Positions 1 to 11,452 of a DNA stretch of 64,000 nt are shown piece by piece (positions within the stretch are counted from its first letter, which is position 1; every line of letters begins with the position of its first letter). Source of the stretch: Macrostomum lignano (Eukaryota); assembly GCA_002269645.1 (NCBI GenBank), contig NIVC01000033.1, forward strand, positions 547,335 to 611,334. The letters run 5' to 3'. Below the pieces are notes generated by a model that did not search any database, was not told the DNA's origin, and saw only the letters and a list, made by a program, of their open reading frames with translations. The translations under genes were made by a program, and so were the position numbers.

Positions 1-601
1 TGGCCTGCCAGGTTTTGGCAGTCTAAAAATGGAATTTCTCAATACAAACTCAGGCGCTGAGTACAACTTCGGCCCTGCCGCTTACCGCGCTGTTCGCCCT
101 CCCTGTGTTCTGCCTGTCTGTCCGTCTCTGTCTGTCTCTAAGCCAGTGGAGGCAGTCGCTTCCACCTATCGCGCGATTTCCTTCACACTGTTTGCCCTCA
201 GAGCCGCTCCGCCGGGCCAATCGCCCCCCCCCCCCCCCGGACTCGGATTCTCTGCTGAGCCTCTCTGCTCAGGCGGGCGAAGACAAAAACCAAGCGGCAG
301 CAGCTCAGAGCTGCTCAGCCTGACCCGCCACCGTCATTCTCCCTAGTAGTCTCTCTCTGCCTGCTTAGCAGCCGCGCGGCACGCCACCACAGGCGCCCAG
401 TCATCACCAGCTCTCCTACCGAGGCGTCAACCACCGAAGGAGCTGAACGACTCATAAATTTCAGCAGCAGCGGAAAAATCAGCATCTGAACTCCTGCTTA
501 GAATTCCTGAGTAAAATTATTAAAGGCACGCTACCAAAATTCGCGTACTTTAGCATTCAACACGCCCTACAAGTGTTTATTCACTATTCCGCCTCATTAG
601 C

Positions 602-3600
602 ATGGCTGACCTGCGATTCTCCACTTTCAACGGTAGCTCGGCAGCCGCCAGTCCCGGCTACGCCAACAGAGTGTAAGTTGATTTTCCCTGCAAATTTTCA
701 ACAGGAAATGAGCCACCCGTTTTGCTATAAATATAACGCTTAGAGTGGCAACTATGACTGTTAGCTATGATCAAATTCCACGACAGCTATCTGACCACGG
801 AGCGGTCGCCGCACTCCGTTGACATGTCCTACCAAGGCGGCGGCGAGGCTGGCGGCGGCGTGCAGTACTCGCGCGAGTACAGGACGGAGGTGCGCACCAT
901 CGAGTCTGCGCAGCCGGCTAAAGTCAGTGTCGACTTGTCCTCGCCCTACTCGCTGGCCAATCCGTCTTTCGACGTCGATGTTGGCTACGGCTACTCTGGG
1001 GCGGTGGGGCCGCGAAGTCCTGGGTGAGTTTTTGGATCAATGTTTTACCAATGAACGGCTTGTTGTTTCTCCCTGGATTATCAGTTTTCATAGCTCTGCA
1101 GTCCGATGGACGAACAAACTGACACAACACACAGACTGAAATCTACACAAACAAACTGACACAACACACAGACTGAAATCTACACAAACAAACTGACACA
1201 ACACAAACAAACTGACACAACACACAGACTGACATCTACACAAACAAACTGAAATCTACACAAACAAACTGACATCTACACAAACAAACTGACACAACAC
1301 ACAGACTGACATCTACACAAACAAACTGACACAACACACAGACTGACATCTACACAAACAAACTGACACAACACACAGACTGACATCTACACAAACAAAC
1401 TGACACAACACAAACAAACTGACACAACACACAGACTGACATCTACACAAACAAACTGACACAACACAAACAAACTGACACAACACAAACAAACTGACAC
1501 AACACAAACAAACTGACACAACACAAACAAACTGACACAACACAAACAAACTGACACAACACAAACAAACTGACATCTACACAAACAAACTGACACAACA
1601 CACAGACTGACATCTACACAAACAAACTGACACAACACACAGACTGACATCTACACAAACAAACTGACACAACACAAACAAACTGACACAACACAAACAA
1701 ACTGACACAACACAAACAAACTGACACAACACAAACAAACTGACACAACACAAACAAACTGACACAACACAAACAAACTGACACAACACACAGACTGACA
1801 TCTACACAAACAAACTGACACAACACAAACAAACTGACACAACACAAACAAACTGACACAACACAAACAAACTGACACAACACAAACAAACTGACACAAC
1901 ACAAACAAACTGACACAACACAAACAAACTGACACAACACAAACAAACTGACACAACACAAACAAACTGACACAACACAAACAAACTGACACAACACACA
2001 GACTGACATCTACACAAACAAACTGACACAACACAAACAAACTGACACAACACAAACAAACTGACACAACACAAACAAACTGACACAACACAAACAAACT
2101 GACACAACACAAACAAACTGACACAACACAAACAAACTGACACAACACAAACAAACTGACACAACACAAACAAACTGACACAACACACAGACTGACATCT
2201 ACACAAACAAACTGACACAACACAAACAAACTGACACAACACACAGACTGACATCTACACAAACAAACTGACACAACACAAACAAACTGACACAACACAC
2301 AAACAAACTGACACAACACAAACAAACTGACACAACACAAACAAACTGACACAACACACAGACTGACATCTACACAAACAAACTGACACAACACACAGAC
2401 TGACATCTACACAAACCAACTGACACAACACAAGCAAACTGACATCTACACAAACAAACTGACACAACACAAACAAACTGACACAACACACAGACTGACA
2501 TCTACATAAACAAACTGACACCACACAAACAGACTGACACAACACAACACAAACAAACTGACACCACACAAACAGTCTGACACAACACAACACAAACAAA
2601 CTGACACAACACACAAACAAACTGACACAGCACAAACAAACTGACACAGCACAAACAAACTGACACAGCACAAACAAACTGACACAACACAAACTGACTG
2701 ACAGCTACAGCAACGAATGCCTTGTGCTCTGATAGACCGCCACGTTTCAGCCTTTGATTGCTTTTATAGGTCAATATTTTACACTTACGCTCGTACCTCC
2801 CAGGTACTTTGATTGACCGACACGTGTACTTCCCAGGTGTTTTGATTGACCGACACGTGTACTTCCCAGGTGTTTTGATTGACCGACACGTGTACTTCCC
2901 AGGTGTTTTGATTGACCGACACGTGTACTTCCCAGGTGTTTTAATTAACCGACGCGTGTACTTCCCAGGTGTTTTGATTGACCGACGCGTGTACTTCCCA
3001 GGTGTTTTGATTGACCGACACGTGTACTTCTCAGGTGTTTTGATTGACCGACACGTGTACTTCCCAGGTGTTTTAATTAACCGACGCGTGTACTTCCCAG
3101 GTGTTTTGATTGACCGACGCGTGTACTTCCCAGGTGTTTTGATTGACCGACACGTGTACTTCCCAGGTGTTTTGATTGACCGACACGTGTACTTCCCAGG
3201 TGTTTTGATTGACCGACACGTGTACTTCCCAGGTGTTTTGATTGACCCGACACGTGTACTTCCCAGGTGTTTTGATTGACCGACACGTGTACTTCCCAGG
3301 TGTTTTGATTGACCGACACCTGGGAATTGACTTCCCATGTAGAATTCGATAGACTGTTTATCGATAGCTTTGCGTATAGCTTCGTATCCAAAAACATCAA
3401 ACAAGGTCATCAGCTCATAAACAATGTTCTACTGTCTGATTCAAAACAAACATGCAGGGGGTGGGCAGAGTCACTTTGCTGACTCACCTGTGGCAGAGGG
3501 CAAAACGCACTCCCATTGGTTGGTCATAAATGACTAGTTAATTAAGATTGCCTGCTATTGCATTGCACAGCCGCAGTCGTTTTGCCATAAACTTCAGGCC

Positions 3601-6600
3601 GCTACTCCCTCCAATGCTAAACACGCTCGAGTGTCATGCAGGGCCACTGCTCTGGCTCTGCGGTTCTCACATTCTCCAGCCATTGTGCATGCGGCTTCCT
3701 TTGACTGGCAAAGCATCAGCGCCATTCTCCCTCTCTCTCCTCTCTCTCTCTTTATTTTCTCTCTCTCACTCTTTCCCTCTCTCTCTCTCAGACCCGAAAG
3801 AATTTTACCTGAATTGTTACTACTGACAGTTTGCTCAGCCTGAGCTGTCTGGGCTCTCCGTACACTGGCGCCACTGCCTGAGGCGGTGCTGGGCGGCCCA
3901 ACGCGTCATTTGAATAAAATTTTATGCGAGATGGACCAGGTGGGAGGGCACATGACTGCGAATTCCAGGCTTGCGGCAAGTGCAAGCCTGGGTAGCTGCG
4001 GGGTCAACAGCGACTTGAACTGGAAGGAAAGCTTCTCTGCTGCTGCCTGAGTAGCAACTCATTGTTGCCAATTAACTGAGCTGACAGCCAGTTTGCGTGT
4101 CAGCAACTTGTTTCGCCTCAAAAATTTTTTTAATACTTTCTGAGTTTGCTGTTGTTCTCATTTTCATCACCATGAGCTCACTAACCTGTGTATGGAAGAT
4201 TTTTCCGGTGTTTACACAATGCTATGGTATTGTGTTTAAAGTGAGACTGAATCTCTCCCTAATCATTTGAAAAAATTCAACAACCCACAAAGTCCCTATC
4301 AGCGAGCAAAACAATTGCAAATAACCTTAAGGCTCATTCGGTCTTGCGTGACCTTGAAATTGACCTCAAATAACCCCGGAACGGTTGAGTTTCCGATTGA
4401 TCAAGGAAGTGACCTTTTCCATGTTCGCCAAAAACCTTCAGCGCCGCCAGCTCTGACAGTCGCCGCCTCGCCGGCCAGCTGGAGTACCGCCAGCAGCAGC
4501 GCCAGCCGCCACCGCCCCCGCCGGATCTCGACGACTACGCGAACCTGCCGCCGCAGCAGCACCGCTACGAATTCTCTACCTCGACTTCCAGCCGACAGGT
4601 GGGCGGCGGCGGCGGCGGCGACGTCCGACTCGGCTCGACCTCCAACATCAGCGGGCCGCGGTCGCCGCAGTACGTCAACGGAATTGTCGGCGGCGGCGCA
4701 GGCGGCGGTGTCGGTTACGACTACACGGTGACTGTGGAGACCACCAGGCAGGGGTCGCGGCCTTCAGCCGGCAGCCTGCACGCTTCGCAGGCCTCGGGCC
4801 TGGACTGGGCGGGCAGGCAGCAGCCGGTTTTGGTAGACCAGCAGAACCAGTACGTGAACTACCGGGAACTGCGCGACGAGTCTGGTGGTGGCGGCGGTGG
4901 AATCACCTTGTCGAGATCTGACAAGTTCGGGTCACTGGGATGTAAGACCCACCTTGCCTACCCTAGCTTGCCTACCCACCTTGCCTACCCTACTTGTCAA
5001 ACCCCAGTCCACAAATCTTTACCTTAACTTGCCCGCACTTAACCTTTGACGAGCCTCAAAACAGTTTTATGTACGAGCATTCAAATGCTCTGCGCACCAT
5101 TTCATAATCTTCAATCAAAATCTCCGGATTAAAATCCCCACAGCTCTCTCCGGCGGCAACGCTCGCGTCAACGCCGGCGGAAGCGCCTCAATGACGCTGC
5201 GCTCTCAGGGCAGCGCCGGCGGAGGAGGCGGCGGCAGCAGCGGCGGCGGCGGCGGAGTCGGAGTCGGCTACGGACTCTCAGTCCGCGACATTGACCTGCA
5301 GGAGCAGTCGGCCGTTGCCATGACAGCAATGCGCCAGGAGACCCAGCAGGAGACCAGGATGGAGCGCTCGATGACGCAGCAGCAAAGCCGTCAGGTCGAG
5401 ATGGTCGACGGAGGCGCCGCGGCATTCCGCGACCCCACCATGGCGGACCTCGTTGCTTACCTGCGCTCCGACAACGACAAGACCGTGCTGAACGCCACCG
5501 CCTTCATTCAGCACGTCACATTCGCCGACAACTTCGCCAAGGTGGAGTTTTTCAGGCTGGGCGGACTGCCGCAGCTGGTGGTGCTGCTGCAGGCGGCTGT
5601 CGGCGGCGGTCGCGGCCAGGGCTTCGACCTGCTGCGGAACCTGCTGGGCATCGTGCGCAACGTCACCTTTAGGTGGGCCTTAGGATTTCCGCCTGAAATT
5701 CCTGTAGACTTTCACGGTTCATTAATTGGAATTTTCTCTTGGAATTCCATCCACTAGGATTCCCTACCTAGGATTCCCTACCTAGGATTCCCTACCTAGG
5801 ATTCCCTACCTAGGATTCCCTACCTAGGATTCCCTACCTAGGATTCCCTACCTAGGATTCCCTACCTAGGATTCCCTACCTAGGATTCCCTACCTAGGAT
5901 TCCCTACCTAGGATTCCCTACCTAGGATTCCCTACCTAGGATTCCCTACCTAGGATTCCCTACCTAGGATTCCCTACCTAGGATTCCCTACCTAGGATGC
6001 CCTCCCTAGGAAGACGGAGGCTCTTGCTCATCTGATGCACCTCCACCTCAATTTCGTCGTCTAGAGCAGCCTCGGCCTCCGGAAGGTAAGCTCTTGAAAG
6101 CATATCGGCAATCAGCATTTTGGATCAAGGTGCCCAGGATACATGCAGATTATATCTTTTGAGTTGGTACAGCATTCGAGCAATGCGTGGCGGAACATGA
6201 AGCAGGTCACGCTTAAAAATGACCTCCAGGGGCTTGTGGTCTGTAGTCACTCGTACTACTGGAAGGCCATTATATGTAGTCATCGAATTTCTTGCAGGCA
6301 ATAACAACGGCCAGAGTCTCCTTCTCAATCTGAGCATAGTTCTTTTGTGTGTTGGTCAGCGCAGCCGATCCATACGCCATAGGCTGTCCATTCTGCAGCA
6401 AAACGCAACCAACTCTGACCGATGAACTGTCAACTTGAAGCTCAACTTCCATATCGGCGTCAAACAACCTTAGCACAGGAGCGTTCGTCAGAACATCTTT
6501 TAGCTTCTCAAAAGCTTGCTGCTGCTTCTCTTGCCAGTCAAAAAGCACCTCCTTCTTGATCAGGGCACTAAGAGGTTCAGTGATGTCCGACGCATTCGGA

Positions 6601-9600
6601 ATAAACTTGCCCAGGTAGGTTGTCATGCCAAGCAGCCGCATCACTGCCTGCTTATCACCTGGAACCGGAAGCTCTTGAATGGCTTTTACTTTAGCAGGAT
6701 CTGGACGAACGCCATCAGATGAGATCACGTGACCGACATAGTTTACTGAAGAAACACCAACTTTCAATTTCTTGCGATTTAGCTTTAAATTCAACTGACG
6801 GGCCTCACTGAGCACATTGAGTAGCTTCTGATCGTGCTCTTCGCGGGTCCGTCCCCAGACAAGCATATCATCAACAATTACCTCCAGCCCAGCTGCTAAA
6901 AATTTGCTTAGCTCACGTTGGTAGACTTCCGGTGCATCAATAGTTCCTGGGGGCAGGCGAACAAACTTGTATCTGCCCCACGGAGTGTTGAAAGTGCAGA
7001 GCTGTGTACTTTCTTCGTCAAGTCTTATCTGCCAAAAACCAGTCTTTGCATCCAGCACGGTAAAGTACTTGGCACCTGGAATGCGCGCAAAAACTTGCTC
7101 AACTATTGTCATCGGGTAGTGAGCGCGCTTGATAGCTTTGTTGAGATGTGTCGGATTGATACACAGTCGCAGGCTGCCATCTGGCTCGTGCACAGTAACC
7201 AAAGAGTTTACCCAATCCGTTGGCTCAGAAACTTTAACGATGACTCCGAGGGCCTCCATGCGCTTTAACTCCTCCTGAACTTTGCCTTGGAGCGCAAAGG
7301 GAATCTTTCTCGGAGCATTGACGACAGGAACAGCATGTTCATCGAGAGTAAACGAGTGCACGTAAGGCAAACAGCCAAGCTTGTCGTCAAACAGGTCACT
7401 GAATTCCTCTAGCACCAACTTTTCGTCAATCACCGGTGGCTGTCTAACGCTTTCAACTCGTCGAATTAGGTCCAGATCCTTCAGCGCTGGTAAACCAAGG
7501 ATTGCTTGTTGCACCTCTGAAACCATAAACTCGATCTCGCACGGCCGACCCTGCACCTTGACCTTCAAACGACACTTTCCAACGACAGGAATGCGAGCTC
7601 CTCCAAAGACCCTGAGCACAGTGTGAGTTTTTAGCAACTGCTCACCGACTGGGAAATAATCTGCTGGCAGCACGCTCACCTCTGCTCCGGTGTCTAGCTT
7701 GCATTGCAGCTTTTTACCATCTGGAAGCTGAACTTCTGCTAACCAACTGGAACCGTTATCAGTCTGCAGCGTTCCGATAAAATACACCTCTTCACCAGCA
7801 CTAGCATCCTCACCTTCAGCTGCTGTTACAGTCATAACCCTCCGGTTATTGTTGCTTCGGCATTGACTGCGAAAGTGGTTCAGACGGCCACAGGACAGAC
7901 ACCGCTTACCAAAAGCCGGACACTTGCCATCACGATGACTGTAACCGCAGTTGTGACAGCGACTTTCTCCGGGAAGGCGTCCCTGAAGTTGACTCGGGTT
8001 CGAACTTTGGCCAGGTTGGCCCTGCGCCGTCGACTGGGCCGCTGTACTCGACACTGGGCGCCCTGAGTTGCGGATTTGTTGCTGCCGAGGCGCTGACGGA
8101 GCAGGTGACAACCTTACGACGTTTAGGCCTTTCTCGACTTCCTTTAGCAGATGTCGCGCGGACTCTGCAGCTCTGCACATGTCAATTGCCGTTCTCAGGT
8201 CCAAGTCCGGTTCTCGAAGTAGCCGCTCTCGCATTTGTGAGTCGTTGCACCCCAGGACAATCTTGTCTCGAATCATTTTCTCTTTTTGTGTTTCGAAATT
8301 GCACGTTCCAGCCAGACGTTTCAAATCAGTCACAAACAGGTCGACTGGCTCAGACTCCTTCTGGTCGCGTTCCCAGAACTTAAAACGCTCGAAGACTTCG
8401 CTCGTACGCGGACTGAAGTGCTCGTCGAATAGCTCCAGCAACTCGTCAAAAGCTATTGGTCGCCTTGCCGTTGCACCCTCCGCTGTTTCCTCTTCTATTT
8501 CTGTCTCCAGGGTGTTATAAATGTCAAGGCCATTGTCACCGATCAGGTGCAAAAACAAGTTTATTCGACGCTCTTCTCCAACAATGCCAGTAGCCTTGAG
8601 GTATATCAAAAATCTTTGTCGCCAGCGTTTCCAAGACTCGTTGGAGTCCGTTTCCAACTCTTCGGGTGGCTTCAGGTCCATGCACTGAGGCTAGCTAGCT
8701 TGCGACGCCATGTAATGAGCGTGCAACCGAGAGAAACGTGTATTATTTATTTAAGAGTGTCAAAAAGCATATTATATAGAGGGGGCGAGATGGACTGAGC
8801 AATCGATAGCAACGTACATGATTGGGGGACGGGCGGCTGGGGCGCAGATGAGCGTACAATAAAGTATATAGTTACAAGTGCATCACTGACACCTAGGATT
8901 CCTTACCTAGGATTCCCTACCTAGGATGCCCTCCCTAGGATGCCCTCCCTAGGATTCCCTAACTAGGATTCCCTACCTAGTTTTCCATCCCTAGGATTGC
9001 TTCCCTAGAATTCTCTCCATAAGATTCCTTCCGTAGGATTCCCTCCCTAGGATTCTCTTCATAAGATTACTTCCGTAGAATTCCCTCCCTAGGATTCCTT
9101 TAGTAGGATTCCCTAACTAAGATTTCCTACCTAGGATGCTTCCCTAGGATTCCCTACTTAGGATTCCCTAACTAGGATTCCCTACCTAGGATTCCCTCTC
9201 TTGAATTCCCTCCCTAGTATTCCCTCTATAGGCTCTCCTTCCCTAGGATTCCCTACTAAGAGAAATGATTATGAAATCAATTTCATCAATTCGTCGCAGA
9301 TCAAACCAGGACGAAAATATAAACAAGAAGCGCGAGCAGGTGTCCGACCAGAAACTGGACGAACTCAAGTTCGAGTTGTGCCGCCTTGGGGTGCTCAAGC
9401 TGCTCAGCGAGGTCATCGCCACCAGCAGAGACGAGGAGTCGCGCGAGATCGCTTGCGCCGCGGTGTGGAACATCAGCTCGACGTCCACGCTCAAGCCCGA
9501 CGTGATTGAAACCTGCGCTCAGACACTGGTGAGCAGAGCTCTCCAGAGTAGATTGGATTGGGAGGTGGTAGATTGGATAAGTACGGGGTAGATTAGATAG

Positions 9601-11410
9601 AGAAGGTGTAGCTTGGATGGGGAAGAGATAGATTGGATGGGGAAGAGTAAATTGGATGGGGAAGAGATAGATTGGATGGGGAAGAGTAGATTGGATGGGG
9701 AATAAGTAGCTTGGATGGGGAAGAGATAGATTGGATGGGGAAGAGTAGATTAGATGGGGAAGAGTAAATTGGATGGGGAATAAGTAGCTTGGATGGGGAA
9801 GAGATAGATTGGATGGGGAAGAGTAAATTGGATGGGGAAGAGATAGATTGGATGGGGAAGAGTAGATTGGATGGGGAATAAGTAGCTTGGATGGGGAAGA
9901 GATAGATTGGATGGGGAAGAGTAGATTGGATGGGGAAGAGATAGATTGGATGGGGAATAAGTAGCTTGGATGGGGAAGAGATAGATTGGATGGGGAAGAG
10001 TAGATTGGATGGGGAAGAGTAGATTGGATGGGGAAGAGATAGATTGGATGGGGAATGAGTAGCTTGGATGGGGAAGAGATAGATTGGATGGGGAAGAGTA
10101 GCTTGGATGGGGAAGAGATAGATTGGATGGGGAAGAGTAGATTGGATGGGGAAGAGATAGATTGGATAAGGAAGAGTAGCTTGGATGGGGAAGGGATAGA
10201 TTGGATGGGGAAGAGTAGATTGGATGGGGAAGAGTAAATTGGATGGGGAATAAGTGGCTTGGATGGGGAAGAGATAGATTGGATGGGGAAGAGTAGATTG
10301 GATGGGGAAGAGTAAATTGGATGGGGAATAAGTGGCTTGGATGGGGAAGAGATAGATTGGATGGGGAAGAGTAGATTGGATGGGGAAGAGATAGATTGGA
10401 TGGGGAAGAGTAGATTGGATGGGGAATAAGTAGCTCGGATGGGGAAGAGATAGATTGGATGGGGAAGAGTAGATTGGATGGGGAAGAGATAGATTGGATA
10501 AGGAAGAGTAGCTTGAATGGAGAATTAGTAGATTGGATAAAGGAAGTAAGTCTCTAAAATAAAAAGGTAACTTTCGATACATATCGGTGAACAGATACAG
10601 ACTGTGCTGCTGCCGCACGCCGGCTTGGAGCTGCGCGGGGAGGCCTACGTGAGCGCGCACCAGCCGATGCACGGCACCTTCCTGTTCTACCTGGCCTCCG
10701 GTGTCCTGCGCTCCGTGTCCTCCACGCCCGGCGAGCAGTGGCGGGACCGCCTGCGGCGTGTCGACGGGCTGCCCGACAGCCTGGTCTGGCCGCTACTGTC
10801 CGCCCAGGCGGCGCAGCTGGAGGTGAATCAGCCGGGCCTGGAGAACTGCCTGTGCGCTGTGCGCAACCTCGCCTTCGCCTGCCAGGAGGTGGCCGACCCC
10901 GGCTACCTACGCCGTCAGGAGGAGGCCAAAGCGGCGGCTGCCGACGGCGCCACCAAGAAGTCGCCGCTGGCCTGCTGCGGTTCCGGACAGTCGAAGGACA
11001 AGCAGCAGCCGGCGGGGCAAAAGAAGCCGCAGCAGAAGCAGCCGGCTGGCGGCAAAGGCAAGGCGGCCACCGAGCAGGCGCCGATCATCCAGCGTCGGAT
11101 GCCGAACCCGGTGCACGGCATGGACCGGATCTGGTGCCCCGCCGACATGGCACCGCTGCTGCTGCACATGCTGGACGCCTGCCAGCGGCCGCACATGTTT
11201 GAGGCCGCGGCCGGCACCGTGCAGAACCTGGCCGCTTGCTCCTGGCAGCCAGCTGTGGACTTCCGGAAGCAGTTCCGGGCGGCCAAGGGGCACCACCTGC
11301 TGTGCCAGCTTGTGGCCGAGGCCCCGCCGCCGCTCTGGTCTGCCGTGGTGACCCTGGCGACCGCCTACCGCAACGTGCTGCAGGACTCGGTGCCCAAGGA
11401 GGTACGTTTT

Positions 11411-11452
<42 letters not shown>

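Larger units (their letters stand above)
6005..8891 (-). mobile_element. 3'-truncated Ty3/gypsy LTR retrotransposon (Mag-like): 5' LTR, PBS, gag-protease-RT-RNase H; integrase and 3' LTR missing
   Basis: ORF 8681-6270 has two CCHC knuckles (CHNCGYSHRDGKC, CLSCGRLNHFRSQC), protease LDTGA, RT motifs LDAKTGFWQI and IVDD, and RNase H motifs QVDSS, YAQIEKE, TDHKPL, LIADMLSR. LTR 8891-8711 runs TGT...ACA and is followed by PBS-like TGGCGTCGC. Mag assignment is from architecture (short LTR, single ORF, two knuckles). Confidence 0.93.

Noticed and set aside
1-420. Short ORFs and a possible transposon end at the window start
   Set aside because: No partner TIR or TSD is visible and the ORFs have no recognisable features; probably promoter/5' UTR of the catenin gene.
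2800-3322. 33-bp direct repeats resembling a CRISPR array
   Set aside because: No unique spacers, no cas genes, and a eukaryotic intron context.
1313-3410. Many overlapping Cys/Val-rich and CRSIKTPGKYT ORFs
   Set aside because: They are translations of intronic minisatellites, open in several frames because the units lack stops.
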